A DNA stretch of 64,000 nt from Eledone cirrhosa (taxonomy: Eukaryota). Both the position numbers and the translations under genes were made by a program. Where the stretch lies: NCBI GenBank assembly GCA_964016885.1, contig OZ024741.1, forward strand, positions 389,236,001-389,300,000. Reading direction: 5' to 3'. The notes beneath the pieces were generated by a model, which searched no databases, was not told the DNA's origin, and worked only from the letters and a program-made list of their open reading frames with translations. Numbering within the stretch: position 1 is the stretch's first letter; every line of letters starts with the position of its first letter. This document shows positions 52,402 through 61,094 of this stretch, one piece after another.

Positions 52402-54235
52402 TGAACTTAGCCTGGATATAGTTCAGAATTGCACGGTACCGAGGCTCGAACTCAAATTTTTCCCTCTCGAGTTTTTGGGTCTCCTTATCAAAGATGTGCA
52501 CCTGCGCATATCTAGGTATTTGGCCTGCTTGCGGCTCAAGTGGGACCATCGTTTGATACGAAAACCCATGAATTTTCATACTCGGCTCAGTACAGTGCAT
52601 ATTACTGAAGGCAAATCCTGTGTTAAGACACCTTGAGAATTTAGCGAACATTTTTGCATATTCGTCATTACCCTCATATAAACTGGCGATTTCCTCCCCG
52701 GGGCGTTCAAATTCAGGGAGCTTAACCTTGCCATTCATGCAACACAATCCAGGTGGCTCTAAGGGCAATTTGTACGCCCCGCAATGCTCACACGGATTGT
52801 CGTTATATTTGAGGTGGATTATCTCCGAGTCGAAATCCACCTCATCTATGGGCTTAAAAGCAATACGGAAGTATTTTGGGTCCTTTTTGAAGGTCCTATT
52901 GTAATAGGCCTCAGAGTGCCCAACTTTGTCCTTGTTCAATCTGATTTCCCGTTCTTCGGTAGTCTCAGATTGCCGAGTAGCATCTTTATGCTCACGGTCT
53001 TTTTCCTTCCTTATGCCTTTTGAGTCCTTAGACTCCTGACCCATAGAACGCTGCCTATCTTTTCGCTGCTTTTCAAGTCGCTTATTTCTTTGCGACTCGG
53101 TTTCAGAGACCTTTTGAGCTTTTCTGCGTAAAGCTGTTTTCGCAGAGGCTTCGGTGCACTTATGCTGAGCCATATACTCAGCAACCAAAACTGGATCCAA
53201 AAAATATTTGGGCTTGCGTTTGGAATCTTCTGTCGGTTTTGCAGGCGGCAAAGTTTTATCAGCTGGCAATACGTCTGCAGTGATTCCAGGCAATTCGTTT
53301 CCAATTTTGGTTATTTTGGGACTTTTTTGATCTTCCTCAATTATAATTGGCTTTTTATTGCCTTTTATAGTTGGGATTTGAGCTAAAACCGGGTTGGACA
53401 GAAAGGTTGAGGTTTTTCCATAATGATTTTCTTGGAAATTTATCATCAAGGGGTCAGATAGGTGTGCAGCCAGACCTAGTTGATTTAAATTAGAAAGAGT
53501 TTTTCTAATAGGGTCGAAAACAAAAACATTCTCATATAAAATGGGATTCACAACTTCCCTGCGATTTAAAAAATTACACTCCAAAATTTTATTGATATTA
53601 TAGCAATCCCTGAAAAATTTTCTGAGCAGATTAATTTGATTCTGAGTGGAAAACTCAAAATTTGTGGGATTAGAATTTAGAACCCATATCAAAGAATATA
53701 AAATTGCAAAAAGACCACAATCAGTTCCATTAGTCTGCTGCTGCACATTTAGAACCCTGAACCTAAAAACGAAATTTTGGGTCAAGGAAAAAGTTTTGAA
53801 TCCATTCAGAATTCCAATTTTTTTCACTGTAGCCCTGTGTTCATCATCAAGGTAATATTTAATCCGATCAAAAAAGTCAAAATTTTTGAAGTGAAGACCC
53901 GAATCTGCCAGCTCAAGCACAGGTAATGAGTCTGCATAACCAAACTTGAAAGTCAAGAAATGGTGACTGTCGCAAATAACGCCAACAGAGGCAGACTCAT
54001 TAGAGCCAATAGAATTTTCACAAAAATAATATGGGCCGAAGCCGAAAAAAATTTTGTTTGGCAACTCTAATTGCGCCTTAATTTTATTCAAAAAATTGTA
54101 TACTAACATATTCGAATACCAGGCACTATTGGAATCAATAATAGCAGCGTCCTGAGGGTCATTACAAAACACAAATTCGCGAGAATTAGTGTTTAAGGCT
54201 TGGAAGGTGGTAAAAAAATCCACAAAATCTTCCAT
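52292..54235 (-). CDS. RepHel fragment 1: Ulp1/SENP-like (C48) protease domain, charged helical repeats and Helitron Zn finger
   Basis: WYSNMLVYNFL, HHFLT, LADS, QQQTNGTDCGLF (H-D-Q-C order of clan CE proteases); ETESQRNKRLEKQR / ETTEEREIRLNKDK repeats; CEHCGA...CCMNGKV; LNTGFAF; PRYAQVHIFD. Confidence 0.88.
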   Translation of the reverse strand: MEDFVDFFTTFQALNTNSREFVFCNDPQDAAIIDSNSAWYSNMLVYNFLNKIKAQLELPNKIFFGFGPYYFCENSIGSNESASVGVICDSHHFLTFKFGYADSLPVLELADSGLHFKNFDFFDRIKYYLDDEHRATVKKIGILNGFKTFSLTQNFVFRFRVLNVQQQTNGTDCGLFAILYSLIWVLNSNPTNFEFSTQNQINLLRKFFRDCYNINKILECNFLNRREVVNPILYENVFVFDPIRKTLSNLNQLGLAAHLSDPLMINFQENHYGKTSTFLSNPVLAQIPTIKGNKKPIIIEEDQKSPKITKIGNELPGITADVLPADKTLPPAKPTEDSKRKPKYFLDPVLVAEYMAQHKCTEASAKTALRRKAQKVSETESQRNKRLEKQRKDRQRSMGQESKDSKGIRKEKDREHKDATRQSETTEEREIRLNKDKVGHSEAYYNRTFKKDPKYFRIAFKPIDEVDFDSEIIHLKYNDNPCEHCGAYKLPLEPPGLCCMNGKVKLPEFERPGEEIASLYEGNDEYAKMFAKFSRCLNTGFAFSNMHCTEPSMKIHGFSYQTMVPLEPQAGQIPRYAQVHIFDKETQKLEREKFEFEPRYRAILNYIQAKFNDFIPDENILSRTFKTGYEMLEQMSEYSVRGLSACQ

Positions 54236-54576
54236 TCTTTTAAAAAAAAATTTTTTTTTAAATAATATTTAAATAACTGGCGGTTAGAAAAAAATATTCC
54301 TATGAAATTTTAATCATACCATTAGGTGTGAATAAGGAAATATTTTTTATTGTCAAAACAAATGTTCAAAAGTTAAACTTTAATTTTTTGAATTATTTCC
54401 AATTTTTTCATGAAATTGAACACTGGACGTTGGCTGCTGGAAATGGAAATTAAATCGTATTTAATTGTATTTAAATTTCTAACCTTATTTTATTATTTAT
54501 ATTTTTTCAATAAGAAATAAAAAAAAAAACAACAGAAAAAATTGAACTGCGCAATCTGATTAATAAATTACCTCAT

Positions 54577-54690
54577 CAGCAGCAACTTTCTTCAAATGGT
54601 CCTTATTATCAGCAGCAACAACCACAAATTCAATGGCAACCTTCTTCAAACCACAAATTCAATGGCAACCTTCTTCAAATGGTCCTTGCA
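54577..54690. repeat. Short nested direct repeats in the Helitron 5' non-coding region
   Basis: ACCACAAATTCAATGGCAACCTTCTTCAA x2, plus repeated CAGCAGCAAC and TTCTTCAAATGGTCCTT. Confidence 0.8.
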
Positions 54691-54900
54691 TGGTGTCAAG
54701 TCAGAACCGCCCCGAACTGGTTACTTCTGGCTTGTGCAAGGTGTCTCTATAGCAACCAGCGATTCCCTCGGCCTCAGTGACCAAAGTCAGTGGAGAGGGG
54801 AAGGTAATGTTTCTATAGCGACAGTGTTTCTCTTGGTAGTACCAAAGTGGAGAAAGGAAGGGGAAGGTAATATTTCTGTAGCACGTGTTTTAGCGTCTAT

Positions 54901-54981
54901 TCACTCTCTCTCTCTCCCTCTCTCCCTCCCGCTATCCCCCTCTCGTAGGCTGTCTCTTTCTTTCACTCTCACTCTCTCTCT
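54901..54981. repeat. Degenerate (CT)n / polypyrimidine tract near the Helitron 5' end
   Basis: TCACTCTCTCTCTCTCCCTCTCTCCCTCCC...CTCTCTCTCT. Confidence 0.8.
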
Positions 54982-55062
54982 ACGCGTGTGCAAAAAACAT
55001 TCGCACGCGCGCACGTGTTTCCACTGTCGGACAGACAGAGAAATTGCTGGTTATATATATAA

Positions 55063-55108
55063 GTAGACGAGGGCGACGGACAGACAGACAGTGCTCTTAT
55101 TATATAGA
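55063..55108 (-). repeat. Solitary satellite monomer abutting the Helitron 5' end
   Basis: GTAGACGAGGGCGACGGACAGACAGACAGTGCTCTTATTATATAGA; 45/46 identical to the array consensus. Its first 5 nt overlap the Helitron terminus. Confidence 0.97.
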
Positions 55109-55421
55109 CTAGACGAGGCCGACGTTTTCAGAGACTCTTTCAGTCATACACACATACACTCTCTCTCGAAACAAACAACATCCCTTTTCTATCTCTATGT
55201 ACATCTCTTTCGTTTGACAAAACCCCTCTCTCTATAGATATGTAGATGAGGGCGACATCGTAACTTTCTATCTATCTACCTCTTTCAGTTACCTCGAAAA
55301 CACACGGCGTTCCCTTTTCTCTCTCTATTGCTGTACGTATCTCTCACTTGGCGCTCCACCCCTCCATAAATTGAGCGTGACGGACGGAGCGACAGGAAGA
55401 CAATGCTCTTATTATATATAA
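55109..55421 (-). mobile_element. Two diverged longer units (55109-55241, 55242-55421) sharing ends with the satellite monomer; candidate small non-autonomous Helitrons
   Basis: Start CTAGACGAGGCCGAC / GTAGATGAGGGCGAC; share CTCTTTCAGT, CTCGAAA, TCCCTTTTCT.TCTCTAT and ACCCCTC; the second ends GACAATGCTCTTATTATATATA. Confidence 0.7.
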
Positions 55422-56012
55422 CTAGCAGAAAAACCACCCTCTGGGTGGTTTTCTGCTAGCATGTGTAGTGTGTATATTGATATTATACGCAAGTATATAT
55501 ATACATGTAGATATGATACATCAAAAAAATCGTAATTGACAATATACACAGAAATTGAACGAAGACTGCGTTACACTGTCTTATGTAATCAGTAACGTAA
55601 TCCATGATACATTAAAAAAGACGATATTATATATAAATTGAATTATGAGAAAATTAGTGACGGAATATGAATGTTCGATCGCTAACCGGAAGTGTTGACA
55701 TTTGAAAATTTTAAAGAAGTGAATCTTTAAATAAGCAATAGAATATATTTAATCAAGAGCTATGAAATTTAGTAGATAAATTATGTAATATTCATTCATT
55801 CGCTGAGGTTAACTTTGCCTTTCATCCTTACGGGGTCGATAAAATAAAGTACCAGTAATGTACTGGATAATTGCTGGCCTTGTGCCTAAAGTAGAAACAA
55901 TTATTTATTCAAAGTAATCCAACTTATTTTAGAAACGGGATAAAAAAAATATTCTGGACGCAGTCCCGCACTCCTTTCTTTATTATAGTTAAGATTATTA
56001 TAATAATATAGA
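55422..56012 (-). mobile_element. Non-autonomous Helitron whose 3' part is related to 46889-47593
   Basis: 3' hairpin CTAGCAGAAAAACCACCC-TCT-GGGTGGTTTTCTGCTAG (55422-55459); shared ATTAGTGACGGAA; candidate 5' ends A|TCTTAACTATAATAAAG (55994) or A|TCTATATTATTATAA (56012). Confidence 0.7.
55801..55902 (+). mobile_element. SINE family A, 5'-truncated
   Basis: Near reverse complement of 47201-47302. Confidence 0.85.
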
Positions 56013-56364
56013 TTAGCTCACGCTTGTTTATCCCCAATACGCTACATTAAAAAAGACATTAAAACATCACCATACTAATATTTAGAACCAATAGAAACTC
56101 AATGTCGTAAAAACCATGTATCATTCAATAAGTTTCCATATTATTGGAGTTTCTGTGTGATCGCTTGATTTGCTACAAATAACAACCAAATTTCCATCAC
56201 ATCACAATTAGCAACCTAAAGAAGTAAAGGACACATTAGGTGAGATTTAAACTAAGAATATAGAGATATAACTGCATACCACAGAATATTATGTCCACAT
56301 CTCTCCCCCTGATACTACCACTATTTCCCTGCGTCAGGTGAAAATAAAGGCAACATTTTGGTAG

Positions 56365-56560
56365 AACTGTTAGAGTATCGGACGAAATGTTTTGTGATAT
56401 GTACTCCGGCTTCCTGTGTTCAAATTCAGCCGAGATCAACTTTACCATTCATACTTCTGGGGTCGGTAAATAAAGAGTCGGTGGTAGAATTGCAGATTTG
56501 TTAGAATATCGGAAAGAATGCCTTGTATTTGTTCCAGTATACATAGTTCAAATTCTGCTT
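56365..56560 (+). mobile_element. Degenerate SINE family A-related fragments
   Basis: GTTCAAATTCAGCCGAGATCAACTTTACCATTCATACTTCTGGGGTCGGTAAA, then a second head-like piece with GTTCAAATTC. Confidence 0.6.
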
Positions 56561-56809
56561 TGTTAGAGTTAAGCAGTAGTCTGATTTAACACCACCGCCA
56601 AGCTCTTGGTGGCCTTTAGTGGAGCCCAGTCTGTTTATAGCATTCATGCCAGGTCTCTAGTTTGAGGATACTTTCTTCCCCCACTCCCATACCAGTCTTG
56701 AAAGCCCTGAAAAAAGGGTCATGTTCACTGACCTTCTTCCTAACTAAGCGATAAACAAAAAACACATCGTAGAAGGGTTTAAGGTCTCTAGACATTATCT
56801 GCCTCAATT

Positions 56810-57265
56810 ATCTCTGGCCACCTCCCACGCCATGCTGCTCTCAATGATATCATAAAGCATGGCCTTGACGGTGCAAGTTTCTATTCCCAGCTTAAGCCAG
56901 CAGGACTGGACCAAAGAGGCAGTAAAAGGCCAGACAGCATGACAAAGTTCCTGTTCCACGGAGGTAGGTTCCTCATCTGGGATGCTACATGCTGTGACAC
57001 CTCTAGTGGAAACCTGGTGCATTCAGCTACCAGACCAAGCTCTGCTTCCCGCCACAAACTTTCTAAGTATCAACTGCTTTCAGAGAGGTTTGTAGTAGAG
57101 ACATCTGGCGTTCTTGGCCCCTGGACTACATCCCTACTCATTGCTATCAGAGCGGATTTGGCTGCCTGCAGGTGCGAGCCCCGTAAGGTGGAGTGGCTGT
57201 TCCAGCACGTCTCCCCTGGGCCAATGTATTCTCCATCTTGTCGGCCGGGATTCAGGAGGGTAAGT
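56810..57265 (+). pseudogene. CRE-like non-LTR retrotransposon fragment (restriction-like endonuclease region)
   Basis: Frame-broken GHLPRHAALNDIIKHGL, then GRFLIWDATCCDT, KLSKYQLL, VETSGVLG, WLFQHVS. Confidence 0.75.
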
Positions 57266-57434
57266 TAGGTGGAAGATATTTGTTCGGATGTCACACATTT
57301 CCCCTTCTTTCTAGAAAGGAGTTTCTAGAAAGGAGTTTCTTATGTTCTATGACTATCACCAGAAAACAATTATATCTGATGGAACACTTATATCAACTGG
57401 ATAAGCAGCAGAATATATTTAAAACAAAATTCTA

Positions 57435-57714
57435 AAGTCTGTTTAGAACCCGGAGGCTCATCAGGCCAATGCTCATTCCGGTTTCTGTGGCACGAAGTGA
57501 CCGACAGTACAAGACTCCCTTTTGGACAAGATGCCAGTCCATTGCAGGGTTAACCCCCCAGCTATTGCTGGTACTCAATTTTAGCTGATTATACTGGAGC
57601 AACGTGAAATGAAGTGTTTTTCTCAAGAACACAACACACAACCCAGTCCAGGAATCGGAGCCACGACATTATAATAGTAAGTTTGACATACTAACCACTA
57701 GGCCACGTGCCTCC
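57435..57714 (-). mobile_element. tRNA-derived SINE (family B), near full length
   Basis: A box TGGCCTAGTGG, B-box-like GGCTCCGATTCC, body GTGTTCTTGAGAAAAACACTTCATTTCACGTTGCTCCAG, tail GAAACCGG...GGCCTGATGAGCC. Confidence 0.8.
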
Positions 57715-58311
57715 ACAGAAGAATATTGGATAGCTAGTAAAGTGAGTGCTAAAATTACACTCGCAATGAGGAGGGGGAAATCACCATCCCACCCCAAAAC
57801 AGAAGACTTTGTACTGCAAGAAAATGTAGTGAGATGAATTAGCAATATTTTAATCTATTTAACGTGTGAAATATATAACGACTATTTTCAGATCTTATTC
57901 ACCTACTTTTTTCTGTCGACTTATGCCAGAAACTATGACGGATGCGCCATATATCCCTTTAATTATAGGATTATAAGTGACATTGTTCCTTCATTGTATC
58001 TTTCACAGCTCATAATACCACTACTTCTTACTAGAGCACTGTGACCGCTAAGGTTTACGCCCACATCCGCCCTTAAAGCTCAAACAACACCAAAAAATTC
58101 CATCGAGATTTTCTCCTTTACTGTTTTTTCTTTTATTTTTCTTATCCGCAATATTATGACTTAGATGTTGAGGCCTCAACACTCTTTCTCCGTGAAGACA
58201 GACAAGTGCACAAAATTTTGGGGTTTTTTCACACCTAACGTTATATCAAATATGGTGAATTGACAAAGTCGTTAGGACATCAGACAGAATGCTTTGTGAT
58301 ATTTGTTGTGC

Positions 58312-58577
58312 CTCCATCGCAGGGTTAAATCCTTGGTACTCATTTTCAGCTGAGTATACTGAAGCAATGTGAAATGAAGTGTTTTGCTCAAGAACACAAC
58401 ACACTATCCAATCCAGGAATTGAACCCACGACATTATGATTGTAAGTTTGACACACTTACCACTAGGCCACGCATCTCCACAGCAGAATATTGGATAACT
58501 AATAAAGTGAGTGCTAAAATTACACTCGTAGTGAGGAGGGGGAAATCACCATCCCACCCCAATGACAGAAGACTTGG
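58312..58577 (-). mobile_element. Second, truncated SINE family B copy plus duplicated flank
   Basis: Aligns to about 57540-57812, including about 95 nt beyond the SINE head (AAAGTGAGTGCTAAAATTACACTCG...CCATCCCACCCCAA). Confidence 0.8.
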
Positions 58578-59699
58578 TATATCACTGATATATATTTAGG
58601 CCACATCGTTAGTTCAACACCCATACCACCAGGTCACGCACCTGCTAGAGTTAAATGCACAAGACAACCCGTAATTTACTATGGTGTCCTAACGACTCCA
58701 TCAGGAGTTATGGGCTCATGGCTTGGTATGGTAGCACTGAGCTCTTCCATGAAATCTTTGGATAAATCTTTTTACTCTAATTCTGAATTTTACCATACGT
58801 CATTCATTAAGCTGCCCGTGGGTCATCAATATCAATCGATTACATCGATTCCAGTATTTCCTGAAGTAGATGAGGCAAGGCCAAATGATTAAGAAGTTTG
58901 TGCTCCAAAATCATTAGATACCGAGTTCACCCTCATTGCGTGACATCTTGGGTAAGTGACATTTACCATAGCCATGATTCAACCCATGCCTTATGAGTGA
59001 AATTGGGTAGGTGGAAATTGTTGAGAAGGTCGTCGGATGAACTGTATCTGTAAATCGAAGAACAAGCTTAGTCACACACAGTGTGTCATGCAGAATATCC
59101 CTGATATGGGTACATGTGTCTGTTGAATGCTCAACCTCATATACATTAATTTCATGAGAAGGATGCACTGTTGATTGAGCATGTGGAATACTCATCGTCG
59201 AAACCGAAGGAAGTCCATTCCAGTATTTCCTCATCAGATGTTATACTGAATATACTCTTAAAAATACCAAACTCCATGGAGTAAGTCATCCAGAATAGTC
59301 TATGTTATCTGCTACTGAGGATAGTGAGGATGACTGAAGGAGTATGTTACTTTACGATAGGATAGCTAATTCATTACCTCACTTACTTGCAGCGTTTCCC
59401 TTCATTACAGTCACTTCCTTAAAATCATCATATAAGTAAATCACATATCGGGATCGTTATTTTGCTTTATTTTATAATCACGGAGGTAAATACTAATCAG
59501 ATGAAGCTGTTTATATACGTATATTGGCACTATTGCAAGCAAATTTAATAACAAAGACAAACAATTGTGTTAATTTAGTGTTTTTATTTCTACCCGGCCA
59601 AATCATACACTTTTCGTACATCCACAGAATCAACAATAAAAGATCGATTACAAAAGTATGCTATTTAAGATTATCAACTGCTATTTTAGAATGACTACT

Positions 59700-59797
59700 A
59701 CCACAGTTCAGGGGAGGTCATGTAGCCTCAGTCACTTAACACTGTTGAAACCGGGTTAAGTACCGGCCTGATGAGCTTCCGAGTTTGAGACAGACTT
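59700..59797 (+). mobile_element. SINE family B-like 3' tail fragment
   Basis: GTCACTT...GAAACCGGG...CCGGCCTGATGAGC...CAGACTT resembles the reverse complement of 57435-57510. Confidence 0.6.
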
Positions 59798-60034
59798 ACA
59801 CAGGCTACTAGAATAAGTGTTTATTTCCGATAATGGCTTTAACAAAGTGTATTTTGTTGCAAGTATTCGAGATAGAACTCCTGTTTGAAGGTAATTTATC
59901 ATCTTTCTCCCACTTATCTTGGACAGGGCTGTATTAACCAATGACCAAACCCTTTAGGTTTCAGTTATTTTGAGCCCCTCTGGTAATCAAATGACTGACC
60001 CAGTATAGCAAAATAATAATAGTAACAACAATAG

Positions 60035-60945
60035 TGTTTTTTATTGACCACAAAGGGTTTACAAAAGATACATTAAGGACAGCACAGGACGGTGAAATGT
60101 GGGTTTCTGTGTGTAAAAGGGAAATAAAACAAATACAAAGGATGTAACAAAAATAGAAACAAAAGAAAATTCCCCAATAGGGGAGATTTCCGAGGGTCAC
60201 TCATGGAGAAAGTCCACAAAATCTACAGCCACCCTGACCACCAGGGCAAGTGCCCTCTCCCAGATGTCCTCCCTCAATCTACAGGCACACGCTCAAAGCA
60301 GGCCCATTCACTCAAGCCATTCTCTGCTCTTTCACTCACCTTTAAACAAATTGCTTTGAAGGAAGCACTTCCTTCTCCACCCTGATTTTCCTCTTCAAAT
60401 GAAACCCGAAGAAGTTAATCTGGGTATCATTGAAGAGGAAAATACCCCTCTTCAGTCCTTTCAGACGCGTCCACCATACAACCTCTTTCGCCATGTTCAC
60501 CAGACAGGGAAAAACAGCCTGCCTTTCCTGGTTAAGGAAAGGCGGTGGGGTGATTTTGACGATGGACTCAGTTGACAGTCTGATCCGTCCTACACATGAC
60601 AGCAGGTGTTTCATCGCCCTACGCGCATCTCGGACATTCCTGGCTGACGGCACTTCTATGCCTGTAGAGCTTATCTCGGACCGGCAACGCTCCCTAGTAG
60701 CACTGCCAGGGAAGGGATTTCTGGAAGTTATCCATAGGCCCTGGACCTCAAGTCCTGCGGAAGAGAATGGCTAGTTGATTTTCGTCGACGCCCAGAGTTT
60801 CCCCAAGAACGTCTTTGCTTTTACCACGGAGTGGATGGACAGCAGATGGACCGCTTGGCCATCGGAGTGCATCCCTTCACCAAAAAGCGAAAGAGCAAAC
60901 GTTCCTGTCCAGTCAGACAAGACTTTGGATAAGGGGTGACAACAG
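60035..60945 (-). pseudogene. L1/Tx1-like LINE 3' fragment (ORF2 C-terminal Zn-knuckle region and 3' UTR)
   Basis: Minus-strand MDNFQKSLPWQCY*GALPVRDKLYRH...CPRCA*GDET, then AKEVVWWTR...KRKIRVE; AATAAA near 60040. Confidence 0.7.
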
Positions 60946-61094
60946 GTATTTCTTTTTCTTTTTTGTACAATATTTCCTTAATCAGTGCCACTGTTGACCA
61001 ATAGCTAGAGTATAAGCATAAGACTATTCCAACTCCCGAAATTTCAGACTGCAAAATGCAATTCAATTTTATATTTGATTTTATTCTACTTCAT

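Larger units (their letters stand above)
48660..54235 (-). pseudogene. Disrupted Helitron RepHel transposase (Ulp1-like protease - charged repeats - Zn finger - HUH/Y2 Rep - Pif1 helicase), about 1,850 aa when restored
   Basis: Four collinear ORFs joined by a frameshift near 52300-52330, an in-frame TAA at 51058-51060 and a +1 frameshift in the C6 run at 49966-49971. Confidence 0.93.
47594..55067 (-). mobile_element. Full-length, formerly autonomous Helitron (rolling-circle transposon), about 7.5 kb
   Basis: 5' end TCTACTTATATATATAACC at 55067; RepHel coding region 54235-48660; 3' GC-rich hairpin followed by ACTAGATAG (terminus either CTAG at 47598 or ATAG at 47594). Confidence 0.93.

Noticed and set aside
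48921-53855. Plus-strand and nested short ORFs over the RepHel region
   Set aside because: Antisense or alternate-frame shadows with no recognisable motifs.
54596-55066. 156-aa plus-strand ORF
   Set aside because: Built from short repeats and a CT tract (SLSLPLSL), antisense to the element.
47594-55067. Helentron/Helitron2 classification
   Set aside because: Termini are TC and hairpin-CTAG type, and no endonuclease domain follows the helicase; canonical Helitron fits better.
57640-57714. tRNA gene
   Set aside because: A and B boxes are present, but it continues into a repeated SINE body and I cannot form a cloverleaf.
58590-59340. Possible exon or element fragment (106-aa minus ORF 58914-59234)
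   Set aside because: No motif I can recognise; would need BLASTX or RNA-seq.
59745-59800. Second hammerhead suggested by GAAAC...CTGATGAG (also 57455-57485 minus)
   Set aside because: No stem II followed by GAAA after CUGAUGA and no consistent three-stem fold; it matches the SINE family B tail.
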